Assembly: GCA_017513865.1 (NCBI GenBank)
Contig: JAFWMN010000006.1
Span: 2,857-66,856, forward strand
Direction: 5' to 3'
DNA length: 64,000 nucleotides
From: Bacilli bacterium
Lineage (GTDB): Bacteria > Bacillota_I > Bacilli_A > RF39 > UBA660
Positions 48,493-58,228 of this stretch are shown here, piece after piece (position 1 is the first letter of the stretch; each line of letters opens with the position of its first letter). Both the position numbers and the translations under genes were made by a program. The notes under the pieces are model-generated. The model worked only from the letters and a program-made list of their open reading frames with translations, did no database searches and had not been told where the DNA came from.

Positions 48493-49251
48493 TCAACGTT
48501 TTATAACAAATTGTCTCAATGTGTTTTTGGTTGTTTCTTCTAAAACTTTTTCTAGCGTTATATCTTTTAATTCAGCTATTTTTTTGGCTACATATATTAT
48601 ATTATAAGGTTCATTTTGTTTGCCTCTTAACGGTTCTGGGCTTAAGTATGGACTGTCGGTTTCTAACAAAAAATTACTTAAGTCTAATGTTCTAACTATT
48701 TCTTTTAAGTTTTTTTCATTTTTAAAGGTTAATATACCACCTATTCCGAGGGTTATACCTTGGCTTGTTATTTTTTTAGCCATTTCTAGGTCGTAACTAT
48801 AGCAGTGCATATTACAATTTATGTTTTTTGCTTTATATTTTTCTATTATATTATATGTGTCTTCTTTAGCATCTCTACTATGAATAACTATTGTTTTATT
48901 ATACGTGTTGGCAAGGTTTATTTGTTTTATGAATAATTCTTTTTGTTTTTCTTTGTTTTCTTTTCCATAATGATAATCTAATCCTATTTCGCCTATTCCA
49001 ACCACTTTAGGATGTGTGAGACTTTTTTCAACTTTTAACAAATCTTCTTCGGTGTATGTGCTTGCAAATTCTGGATGAATTCCAATTGTAGCATAGATGT
49101 TTTTATAATTGTTTATTAATTCTATTATTTCATCTATGTCTTTTGGACTAGCCCCACTTACTATTATTATATTATCTTTCATTTTTTTTATTACTTCTTC
49201 TTTGTTCTCATAATCTTCTTTTAACAAATGACAATGTGAATCTATCATCAT
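48493..49251 (-). CDS. tatD: TatD-family metal-dependent DNase
   Basis: MIDSHCHL, GEIGLDY, HSRDA motifs. Confidence 0.9.
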   Translation of the reverse strand: MMIDSHCHLLKEDYENKEEVIKKMKDNIIIVSGASPKDIDEIIELINNYKNIYATIGIHPEFASTYTEEDLLKVEKSLTHPKVVGIGEIGLDYHYGKENKEKQKELFIKQINLANTYNKTIVIHSRDAKEDTYNIIEKYKAKNINCNMHCYSYDLEMAKKITSQGITLGIGGILTFKNEKNLKEIVRTLDLSNFLLETDSPYLSPEPLRGKQNEPYNIIYVAKKIAELKDITLEKVLEETTKNTLRQFVIKR

Positions 49252-49585
49252 TTTTCATCACCTCTTTAATTATAAACAAAAAAAGAATGTTTGTCATTCT
49301 TTGATTTGTTTAACTTTTCTTATATAAATAAATCTCATAAAACAAAGTATTATAAAAAGTAGATATAGTAAATCTAAAAAGTTAAATTTAAATATTATTT
49401 TAGCACTTTGATAGATAATTCCTACTACAAACATCATACTTATGAAGCTAACCTTATTTGTAGTCATATTTTTTTCCTCTCTATCCTTGCCTTTTTAATA
49501 TAACATGTTTTTCTCTTGTTTTAAATACTTGTTTATCGACATTTTACAACAATTTACAAATTTTCATTTAAAAAAGAGTATTTTA

Positions 49586-51133
49586 TTACTCTTTTTCTTT
49601 AAAGTATTCTTCTTTATCAATTCTTTGGAATAAGATTTCTGGATTGTTTAATGTAATGCCCGGATCCATTCCTTTAAAATCTTTGGTAGAATCAAGCGTT
49701 CTGTTTTGGGTATTCAGTTGTTTAAATATTTTATCGGCAGTTTCTGGAAGAAAGGCTTGAAGATAAACTGTAGCTATTCTAATAGATTCTAAGAGGTTAT
49801 ATAATACTGTTTTTAGTCGTTCTTCTTTTTCTTTATCTTTGGCTAGAACCCAAGGCTCAGTTTCATCGATGTATTTGTTACTTCTTTTATATAAAGTAAA
49901 TATTTCATTTATGGCTTCAGCTATTTTTAATTCATTCATTTTGGTTTCTACTTTTGTGCCTAAGTTTTTTGCTTGTTCTATCAATTCTTTATCAACTTCC
50001 TCAAAAGCTTTTGGTTCATAGACTTTACCTTCGAAATATTTTTTTGACATACTTATGGTTCTGTTTACTAAGTTTCCTAAAACATTGGCTAAATCAGAAT
50101 TATATCGATCTAATATTAAATCTATGCCGATATTTCCATCATTATATATTCCAAGTTCACTTAATAGATAATATCTTACACCGTCCGCGGTAAAATCTTT
50201 GGCTAGGGCATCGGCATATAACATATTACCTTTTGATTTACTCATTTTTTCGCCTTTATTATCAACTAGGAAAGGATGTCCTAAAACTTGTTTGGTTATT
50301 GGTAAATCAAGCGCTTTTAACATAATTGGCCAATATACTGTGTGAAATCTCAATATATCTTTACCTACTATATGTATATCAGCTGGCCAGTATTTATTAA
50401 ATTTTTCTTTATCTGTTCCATAACCGATAAATGTAATATAGTTTGTTAGTGCATCTAACCATACGTATATTACGTGTTTTTCATCGAATGGGACTTTTAT
50501 CCCCCAATCAAATGACGTTCTTGAAACACATAGATCATCTAAGCCTTGTTCAATGAATCTTAACATTTCGTTTTTCTTTGTTTCAGGAACTATATAATCG
50601 TTATTTTCTTCGATATATTCTTTTAACCATTTTTCATATTTTTTTAAATTTAAGAAGTATGCCTCTTCTTTAGTTTTGTGAACATCTCTTCCACAATCTG
50701 GACATTTTCCATCTATCAATTGTGATTCTGTGAAAAATGATTCACAAGGTGTACAGTATAGTCCTTCATATGTTCCTTTATATATATCCCCTTTATCATA
50801 TAATTTTTGAAATATTTCTTGTACTTGTTTTTTGTGATTTGGATTTGTTGTTCTGGCAAAATTTGTATAATCTACATTAACTGATTCTAATACTCTTTTT
50901 ACCTCTAAAGATATTTCGTCAACAAAATCTTGAGGATTTTTGCCAGCTTCTTTGGCTTTATTTTGAACCTTTTGTCCATGTTCATCCATTCCAGTTTGAA
51001 AAACGACATCATATCCTTGTAATTTCTTATATCTAGCGATTGCATCAGCTAGAACTGCACTGTAGGCATTTCCGACTTGAGGTTTTCCTGATGCATAAAA
51101 TATAGGGGTTGTTATATAAAATGTTTTATCCAT
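49586..51133 (-). CDS. metG: Methionyl-tRNA synthetase (short form without C-terminal tRNA-binding domain)
   Basis: HIGH-type motif (PQVGNAYS region), KMSKS, zinc knuckle CPDCG. Confidence 0.9.
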   Translation of the reverse strand: MDKTFYITTPIFYASGKPQVGNAYSAVLADAIARYKKLQGYDVVFQTGMDEHGQKVQNKAKEAGKNPQDFVDEISLEVKRVLESVNVDYTNFARTTNPNHKKQVQEIFQKLYDKGDIYKGTYEGLYCTPCESFFTESQLIDGKCPDCGRDVHKTKEEAYFLNLKKYEKWLKEYIEENNDYIVPETKKNEMLRFIEQGLDDLCVSRTSFDWGIKVPFDEKHVIYVWLDALTNYITFIGYGTDKEKFNKYWPADIHIVGKDILRFHTVYWPIMLKALDLPITKQVLGHPFLVDNKGEKMSKSKGNMLYADALAKDFTADGVRYYLLSELGIYNDGNIGIDLILDRYNSDLANVLGNLVNRTISMSKKYFEGKVYEPKAFEEVDKELIEQAKNLGTKVETKMNELKIAEAINEIFTLYKRSNKYIDETEPWVLAKDKEKEERLKTVLYNLLESIRIATVYLQAFLPETADKIFKQLNTQNRTLDSTKDFKGMDPGITLNNPEILFQRIDKEEYFKEKE

Positions 51134-51149
51134 ATTTATTCCTCCTTTT

Positions 51150-51375
51150 TAATATAAAAACGCCCTTAATATAAGGACGTTATAAACGTGGTACCACCTT
51201 AATTTGTAAGTGTTACTTACCTCTAGTTTTTAACGCATTATTACGGGTTAATTTAATTATTTGATTAACCTGCTCCAGAGCCATTCGGAGTAGTTCCCTT
51301 GTTTATTTTCACCAGCCATAAACTCTCTATAAAGTTTCCTACTTTTCTTTCCTTCTTCGCATTTACGTGAATTAT
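51150..51375 (-). ncRNA. T-box riboswitch leader (Met specifier) controlling metG
   Basis: On the minus strand: promoter TTGAAT-17-TGTTATAAT; stem I with AGAGA and an AUG codon in the candidate specifier loop; T-box sequence AATTAAGGTGGTACCACG (plus coordinates 51187-51204); terminator AACGTCCTTATATTAAGGGCGTT followed by UUUUUAU, immediately 5' of the metG RBS. Confidence 0.6.
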
Positions 51376-51391
51376 AACACGTTTTTTTATT

Positions 51392-51883
51392 CTATTCAAT
51401 ATATTTTATTAAAAAGTTAATTAAAACGTCAATTATAATTTTTTCTGTTTCACTTAATTCTTTTTTGTTTGGTACTATTAAAGCGCCGATGGCTTTTCCT
51501 TCTTTTACGATTGGTTTTATTAGGGAATTTATTATTTTAACTTTTGTTATTTTTATTTCTTCTTTAGTTATTTGCTCTTTATTAATAATTATTTGTTCAA
51601 CTTCCTTACTGATTTTTTCATTTATACTTTTATTTGATGTGTCAATTATTATTTTATCGGTATCTGTCAATATTATATGTGTGTTTAATTTTTCTTTTAA
51701 TATTTCTGTTATTATTTTTTCAATATCTTTTATTTTGTTTAATTTTGAATGTTTTTTTAATACTATATTTTTATTTTCTATAAATATTTCTAGATTGTCT
51801 CCACTTTTTATTCTTAAAGCTTCTCTTAAGTCTTTGGGAAGGACTATTCTGCCTAATTCATCAATTCTTCTTACTATTTTCAT
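51392..51883 (-). CDS. spoVT: Stage V sporulation transcriptional regulator SpoVT (AbrB-N plus GAF-like C-terminal domain)
   Basis: MKIVRRIDELGRIVLPKDLREALRIKSGDNLEIF parallels B. subtilis SpoVT; located downstream of mfd as in Bacillus. Confidence 0.7.
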   Translation of the reverse strand: MKIVRRIDELGRIVLPKDLREALRIKSGDNLEIFIENKNIVLKKHSKLNKIKDIEKIITEILKEKLNTHIILTDTDKIIIDTSNKSINEKISKEVEQIIINKEQITKEEIKITKVKIINSLIKPIVKEGKAIGALIVPNKKELSETEKIIIDVLINFLIKYIE

Positions 51884-51981
51884 TTTGTTTTTTCCTTCTT
51901 TCTAAAGGATATTCTGCGTAAAATTGTTGGAATTATACTTTAAACATGTTATAATAAGGTTGATTTAAAGGAGTTGGTTTT

Positions 51982-53607
51982 ATGGCAAAAACACTTATTT
52001 TTGGTCATCAAAAGCCGGATACTGATTCAGTTACTTCGGCTATTGTTTTATCTTATTTAAAAAATAAACTTGGTTTTAATACAGAACCTAGGGTTCTGGG
52101 TGACATTAATAATGAAACAAAATTTGTTTTAGATTATTTTGGGTTTAAAACTCCTAAATATTTAAGTGATGTAAGGCTTCAAGTTAGGGATGTAAAATAT
52201 AATAAAAATTGTTTTTTATATGAGCGTGATTCTGTTTTTCATGCTTATAAATACATGAATGAAACAAAAGTTAGTACTATCCCGGTTGTCGATGATAATG
52301 GTTTTTATTTAGGGGCAATTTCGATGAAATATATTACTAATGATTTGATTGACGGTAATTTAGGCTTTTTAGATGCTTCATATGATAATATTTTGGAATC
52401 TTTGCAGGGTAAAAAAATACTTAAGTTTGATGAGGAAATAAAAGGTAATATTATTTTACCATCTTATAAAAGTGAAACTTTTAAAGAAGTTGTTCCTATT
52501 GATAAAGGTAGTATTATTATTGTCGGTGATCGTTATAAAATTATTGAGCACGCTATTCAAAATAAAGTTTCACTAATTATTTTGGATAATGGAGTTACGA
52601 TTGGAAAAGAGCTTTTGGATCTTGCAAAAAAGAATCGTATAAATATTATAAGTACTAAGTATAGTGGCGTTTTTTCAGCCAATTTATCCGTTTTAAGTAA
52701 CTATATTAGAAATAAAATGGAAAAAGCGGAAATTATTACGGTTAATGAAAATGATTCTCTTTATGATGCTTTGGAATTAGCTAACAGAAAAAAATTTAGT
52801 AATTATCCGGTTTTAAATAATGCGGGAAAATGTTTGGGAATTTTTTGTGCGACTATTTCGAATAATAAAAGACCTAAACAAGTTATTTTGGTCGATCATA
52901 ATGAAATTGAGCAAAGCGTTATAGGTCTTGATGAGGCAGAAATTATTGAGGTTGTTGATCATCATAAAATTGGAAATATCGGTACTTCTTTACCTATTAA
53001 TTTTAGAAATATGCCTTTGGGATCTACTAATACAATTTTATATTTAATGTTTAAAGAGCGAAATGTAAAAATTCCTAAGGATATTGCTGGATTGATGCTT
53101 TCTGGAATTATTTCCGACACTTTACTTTTATCTTCACCCACTACTACGGAAGTTGATAAAAAAGTTTTATTGAGACTTAGTGAAATTGCTGGGGTTGATT
53201 ATGAAAAATATGGTATGGAAATGTTTAAAGCAGGCTCTTCTATTAAAGGTAAATCGGTAGGTGAAGTAATACATGGTGATTTCAAAGTATTTATGGTGGA
53301 TAACCAAAAAATTGGTGTCGGTCAAGTTTCGACGATGAATACTGAAGAAATTATCCAACGACAAGATGAGTTTGTTAAAGCTTTGAATGAGCTTGCCCAT
53401 GATGAAGATTATGCGGCTATTGCATTATTTGTAACAGATATTATGAAAAATGGTTCTTATATTTTTTATAATGAAGATAGTACAAAGATTTTTGCGGAAT
53501 CGTTTAATTATCCAAAAATTAAAGAAGGTACTTTCTTTAAAGGTGTTGTTTCTAGGAAAAAACAAATTATTCCTAAAATTATGAATTATATGGATAATAA
53601 TTCTTAA
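51982..53607 (+). CDS. ppaC: Family II (DHH/DHHA2) manganese-dependent inorganic pyrophosphatase with CBS-domain insert
   Basis: MAKTLIFGHQKPDTDSV DHH start; about 540 aa, typical of clostridial CBS-PPases; DHHA2 C-terminal. Confidence 0.8.
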   Translation: MAKTLIFGHQKPDTDSVTSAIVLSYLKNKLGFNTEPRVLGDINNETKFVLDYFGFKTPKYLSDVRLQVRDVKYNKNCFLYERDSVFHAYKYMNETKVSTIPVVDDNGFYLGAISMKYITNDLIDGNLGFLDASYDNILESLQGKKILKFDEEIKGNIILPSYKSETFKEVVPIDKGSIIIVGDRYKIIEHAIQNKVSLIILDNGVTIGKELLDLAKKNRINIISTKYSGVFSANLSVLSNYIRNKMEKAEIITVNENDSLYDALELANRKKFSNYPVLNNAGKCLGIFCATISNNKRPKQVILVDHNEIEQSVIGLDEAEIIEVVDHHKIGNIGTSLPINFRNMPLGSTNTILYLMFKERNVKIPKDIAGLMLSGIISDTLLLSSPTTTEVDKKVLLRLSEIAGVDYEKYGMEMFKAGSSIKGKSVGEVIHGDFKVFMVDNQKIGVGQVSTMNTEEIIQRQDEFVKALNELAHDEDYAAIALFVTDIMKNGSYIFYNEDSTKIFAESFNYPKIKEGTFFKGVVSRKKQIIPKIMNYMDNNS

Positions 53608-53610
53608 TTA

Positions 53611-53640
53611 AAAAAGTCAGTTATTTCTGACTTTTTTTAA
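53611..53640. terminator. Bidirectional terminator between convergent ppaC and mfd
   Basis: AAAAAGTCAG-TTATTT-CTGACTTTTTTT. Confidence 0.5.
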
Positions 53641-56600
53641 TTATTTCCATTAGATCAATTAAATAATATATATAATGTTTTTCTAGTTTTACGGTGTCTA
53701 GTATTATACATAAGTTATTTAGTTTACTAGTAAATCTAAACATTTTACCAATTTTAGATAATTCATAAAATAGTTTTTCACCGTCGATATTATTTGCTTC
53801 TTTTTTATTTATCGGAATTTCGATAAAGTTTTTTGTTTGTCTTATATTGGTTATGTTTAATTCATTAACTAATTTTTCCAAGTATTCTTCATACATATAT
53901 ATTTTTAATTTTTCATCAATTTTACCAAACCTATCTTCTATTTCATTTTTAACTTCTTTTATTTTTTCTTTAGAATCAATAGTATTTATTAATTTGTGTA
54001 TTTCTATTTTTAGTTCTTCTTCTTTAACATAACTGTCATCTATAGTTGTATCGACATCAATAACTGAGTTCTTTTCTTCTTTTTCTTCCTCTTTTACTTC
54101 TATTCCTTTTAATTTGTTAATTTCTTCATTTAACATTTCCAAGAATAATTCTATTCCGACAGTATCAATAAAGCCTGCTTGCTCTTTTCCTAAAATGTCT
54201 CCTGCTCCTCTTATTGATAAATCTCTCATCGCAATGGCAAAACCACTTCCTAATTCGGTAAATTCTTTGATTACTTTTAGTCTTTTGGTAGCTATTTCTG
54301 ATAATACTTTTCTATTGTTATACATTAGATAACAATAAGCAACTTTATTGCTTCTTCCTATTCTTCCTCTGATTTGATATAGTTGGGAAAGCCCAAATTT
54401 GTCGGCATCAATTATTATTAGAGTATTTACGGTTGGAATATCAATTCCTGTTTCAATGATTGTTGTGCATAGTAGACAGTCAAATTCGTGATTTGAAAAT
54501 CTTAACATTATATCTTCAAGTTTATTTTTATCCATTCTTCCGTGGGCTATTTCGATTTTGGCATCTGGGACTAGTTTTTGTATTTCTGTTTTTTTCGATT
54601 CAATATCTGCAATTTTATTATATAAGATAAATGTTTGTCCCATTCTTGATAATTCTTTGTTAATGGCTTCTTTTATTATTTGATTATTTTCGGCCAAAAC
54701 GTATGTCTGAATTGGATATCTTTCTGCTGGTGGTGTTTCAATCATAGATAAACTTCTAAGCCCGGCCATTGACATTTGCAGAGTCCTTGGAATTGGGGTT
54801 GCGGATAAGGTTAAAACATCGATGTTATTTTTATATTCTTTTATTTTTTCTTTATGTTTAACGCCAAATCTTTGTTCTTCATCAATTACGAGTAATCCTA
54901 AATCTTTGAATTTTACATCTTCTGAAAGGATTCTATGTGTTCCTATTAATAAGTCTATTTGTCCTTTTTCTAATTTTTCTAATGTTTCTTTTAATTCTTT
55001 GTTTGTTACAAATCTATTTAATATAGCAATATCAACAGGATATGATTTAAATCTATCTACAGCGTTTTGGAAGTGTTGGGATGATAGGATGGTTGTTGGA
55101 CATAGTAAGGCTGTTTGTTTTCCGGATAGTATGCATTTAAATATAGCTCTAAAGGCAACTTCGGTTTTTCCATAACCAACGTCCCCGCAAAGCAGTCTAT
55201 CCATTGGTTTATTAGATTCCATATCTTTTTTTATTTCTTCTGTTACTTTTATTTGGTCTTTTGTTTCTTCATATTTGAATTCTTTTTCAAAATTTATTTG
55301 ATCTATGTCATCTTCATTAAATTTGTAACCTTTTTTTGATTCCCTTATAGCATATAGTTTCAATAAATCTTCGGCAATATCTTCGGCTCTTTTTCTAGCT
55401 CTTGCTTTAGCTTTTTCCCAATCGTGACCCCCTAATTTATTTAATCTTGGAACGGTTCCTTCTTTTCCAGAGTATTTAGTAATTAATTCTATTTTTTCCA
55501 CAGGAATATATAATTTGTCCCCACCTTGGTATTCAACGGTTAGGTAATCTTTTTTTATTCCTTGTTTATCAATAGTTTTTAATCCTAAATATTTTCCTAT
55601 GCCGTGAGCGCCGTGAACAACAAAATCGCCACTATTTAGTTTTGTTATATCTTTTATTTTACTGCCATATCTGAAGTGTGTTTTATATAAACTTTCTGAT
55701 TTTTTACCCCATAATTCTTTGTTTGTTATTACAATATATTCATCTGTTTCAAATCCACTATTTAGTTCTTTTACGATTAAATTTATCTTTTTAGGATATA
55801 TTTCGTTTTCATTTGTGTATATGATATTTTTATTTTCTAATTCGTCAATTATTTTATTTATTTGATATCTGTTGTTTTGGCATATTATTACTTTTTTGTT
55901 TGTATTTAAAAGATTATTGAGTTTTTTGTTTATATTTGTTTTTCCTTTTGAAAAATCTTCTATTTGGTAAGTTTTATATGTTTTTGCATTTTTATTTGTC
56001 TTATTGTCAAATGTTTCAAAGACAATTGCGTTTTTGTTTTTTACTTTATTAAAGTCATGCATATAAGTTGTTTCTTTTTCTCTTTCGGTACTTATATTGT
56101 AAGATTGTATTTCTTCTTTTAGGTTTGCATAACTATTTTCAATGTCACTTAAATTATCATATATAACAATTGGATTGTTTAAATATCTTTCAATATTGGT
56201 TACTTCTATATATTTATCTATTTCACGGTATGGAATATCAAAAGAATTTTTTATTAGTTTCTCGGTGTTTGGAAAAATAATTATTTCTTCTATTTCTTTT
56301 TCCGTTCTTTGAGTATCAGTATCGAAAACTTTAATACTTTCAGCTGTGTCTCCCCAAAACTCTACTCTTATAGGTTTTTCACTATTTATTGGAAATATAT
56401 CTATAACAAAGCCTCTTATAGCTACTTCGCCTGTCATCGTTACTATGGTTTCTTTTTTATATCCTAAATCAAACAAATTTTCTTTTAATTCTTTTATTGA
56501 TACTTCTTGATCTTTTTTTATTTTTATATAACTTTTTCTAAATGTTTCTTTGGGAACTAAATATCTTAAATATCCCATTAGATTTGTTATTAATATTTGT

Positions 56601-56896
56601 TTTTCATCATTTAATATTTCATTTATTGTTTCTAATCTTGTTGTCTTAAATTCTGGTGATATGGCAATGGCTTCACTTGTTAAAAAATCATCCATCGGGA
56701 AAAACCTTACTTTGTCAGTAAGGGTACCTATATTATTATAAATTTTACTAGCTTCATTTAAACTTGATGTGACTAATAAGATTGGCTTTTTTTCTTTTTT
56801 AAATTTTTGATAAATGTATAAACTTTTTAATTCTGTTGTTAAGCCAATTATTTCTTTTTCATCTTCTATTTTGAAGATTTTATCAAGAAAGCTCAT
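53621..56896 (-). CDS. mfd: Transcription-repair coupling factor Mfd
   Basis: 1091 aa; UvrB-homology N-terminus, RNAP-interacting domain, SF2 translocase (GDVGYGKTEVA, DEEQRFG), TRG motif. Confidence 0.9.
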   Translation of the reverse strand: MSFLDKIFKIEDEKEIIGLTTELKSLYIYQKFKKEKKPILLVTSSLNEASKIYNNIGTLTDKVRFFPMDDFLTSEAIAISPEFKTTRLETINEILNDEKQILITNLMGYLRYLVPKETFRKSYIKIKKDQEVSIKELKENLFDLGYKKETIVTMTGEVAIRGFVIDIFPINSEKPIRVEFWGDTAESIKVFDTDTQRTEKEIEEIIIFPNTEKLIKNSFDIPYREIDKYIEVTNIERYLNNPIVIYDNLSDIENSYANLKEEIQSYNISTEREKETTYMHDFNKVKNKNAIVFETFDNKTNKNAKTYKTYQIEDFSKGKTNINKKLNNLLNTNKKVIICQNNRYQINKIIDELENKNIIYTNENEIYPKKINLIVKELNSGFETDEYIVITNKELWGKKSESLYKTHFRYGSKIKDITKLNSGDFVVHGAHGIGKYLGLKTIDKQGIKKDYLTVEYQGGDKLYIPVEKIELITKYSGKEGTVPRLNKLGGHDWEKAKARARKRAEDIAEDLLKLYAIRESKKGYKFNEDDIDQINFEKEFKYEETKDQIKVTEEIKKDMESNKPMDRLLCGDVGYGKTEVAFRAIFKCILSGKQTALLCPTTILSSQHFQNAVDRFKSYPVDIAILNRFVTNKELKETLEKLEKGQIDLLIGTHRILSEDVKFKDLGLLVIDEEQRFGVKHKEKIKEYKNNIDVLTLSATPIPRTLQMSMAGLRSLSMIETPPAERYPIQTYVLAENNQIIKEAINKELSRMGQTFILYNKIADIESKKTEIQKLVPDAKIEIAHGRMDKNKLEDIMLRFSNHEFDCLLCTTIIETGIDIPTVNTLIIIDADKFGLSQLYQIRGRIGRSNKVAYCYLMYNNRKVLSEIATKRLKVIKEFTELGSGFAIAMRDLSIRGAGDILGKEQAGFIDTVGIELFLEMLNEEINKLKGIEVKEEEKEEKNSVIDVDTTIDDSYVKEEELKIEIHKLINTIDSKEKIKEVKNEIEDRFGKIDEKLKIYMYEEYLEKLVNELNITNIRQTKNFIEIPINKKEANNIDGEKLFYELSKIGKMFRFTSKLNNLCIILDTVKLEKHYIYYLIDLMEIIKKSQK

Positions 56897-56900
56897 ATTA

Positions 56901-57482
56901 TCACCTTCTTTTTGATTTAAAGTTTTTTAAGGATTTTTCAATGTTTACTTTATACCTTCTCGTGATTTTAAATCTTTCGTTTTTTTCTTCTATGTCATAT
57001 ATTTTTTCAATAAATTCTCCACTGTTTTGTTCGATTATTTTTATAGATCCCTTGTTTGTGTCGAAGCATGTAATTATCGCTTCTTTAAACCCTAATTCTT
57101 GCATTTTTTTTAAAAGCAAATGGCATAATATTGTTCCATAACCTTGTTTTCTTTTAGAAGGAACTATTTGATAAAATATATGTCCACAATAGATCTTTGT
57201 CCTTTCATCTACTTCAGGGTTTAATCTTATTCCTCCGGCTCCAATTATTTTATCGCCTTCCATAAACCAATAGAATATTTCTTTTACTCCATCATTACCA
57301 ATTCCTTGTTTTTTTTCTTCTACTTCTTTTAAAAAGTTTTCGAAATTTTCTTTGGTTACAAAGGGCTTCCAATCTGGAAAATTATCATGAAAATCTTTAT
57401 TATATTCATCTATTTTAGAAAAATCTGTCATGTATTTATCTTCTAATATATATAATTCTTTCATTTTTATATTCCTATACAT
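56901..57482 (-). CDS. GNAT-family N-acetyltransferase
   Basis: Q/R-x-x-G-x-G/A motif (KRKQGYGTIL) in the acetyl-CoA-binding region. Confidence 0.65.
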   Translation of the reverse strand: MYRNIKMKELYILEDKYMTDFSKIDEYNKDFHDNFPDWKPFVTKENFENFLKEVEEKKQGIGNDGVKEIFYWFMEGDKIIGAGGIRLNPEVDERTKIYCGHIFYQIVPSKRKQGYGTILCHLLLKKMQELGFKEAIITCFDTNKGSIKIIEQNSGEFIEKIYDIEEKNERFKITRRYKVNIEKSLKNFKSKRR

Positions 57483-58032
57483 TATATTTGTTCATTAAAT
57501 TATCAAATGTTATGGTAAGAAAATCGTCAATTAACTCTTCTGCGTGTTTGTTTACACTATTAATTTTTTCTAATTCTTTTTTCGAGATTTTTCCAATAAC
57601 ATAATCTATTTTTTCTTCATCTTTATTATTTGATATTCCAATTTTTACTCTTTTATATTCGTTTGTATGAAGATTATCTTCGATGTTTTTAAGACCATTA
57701 TGCCCGCCTGATGATCCTTTATATTTTAGCTTTAAAGTTCCAGCTTCAGTATCTAAATCATCACATATAATTAGAATATCTTCTATACTTATTTTATAAA
57801 AATCTATGAATGCCTTTATTACTTCTCCTGATAGGTTTATATATTTTTGCGGTTTTAATAATATTATTTTTTCATTTTTAAAATTAAATGTTGTATAAAG
57901 TCCTTTAAATTTTTCTTTATTGAATTCTAAATTTTTCTTTTTGGCATATTCATCGATAAATCTAAACCCAGCATTGTGTCTTGTTTTTTCATATTCTTTT
58001 CCGGGGTTTCCTAGGCCAACTATCAATTTCAT
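57475..58032 (-). CDS. pth: Peptidyl-tRNA hydrolase
   Basis: MKLIVGLGNPG...TRHNAGF...GHNGLK motifs. Confidence 0.9.
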   Translation of the reverse strand: MKLIVGLGNPGKEYEKTRHNAGFRFIDEYAKKKNLEFNKEKFKGLYTTFNFKNEKIILLKPQKYINLSGEVIKAFIDFYKISIEDILIICDDLDTEAGTLKLKYKGSSGGHNGLKNIEDNLHTNEYKRVKIGISNNKDEEKIDYVIGKISKKELEKINSVNKHAEELIDDFLTITFDNLMNKYNV

Positions 58033-58099
58033 AAAATCACCTTTTTCCCGTTAGTATTATACTATTTAAATATAAAAGAAGTCAATTTTTGACTTCTTA

Positions 58100-58228
58100 T
58101 TTTAGATCTTCTATTTCCATTCTTTTCTTTAAGTTTGAAATTTCGACTTTTTTGATTTCTAATTTGATTTTTTCAATAAGCATTTCTAGTTCTTCTTCAG
58201 ATAATTTATTTAATTTATCTCTGACCAT
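58100..58228 (-). CDS. Candidate 42-aa small ORF (MVRDKLNKLSEEELEMLIEKIKLEIKKVEISNLKKRMEIEDL)
   Basis: Manually translated; RBS GGTGG; below the ORF-track cutoff; amphipathic/coiled-coil. Confidence 0.25.
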
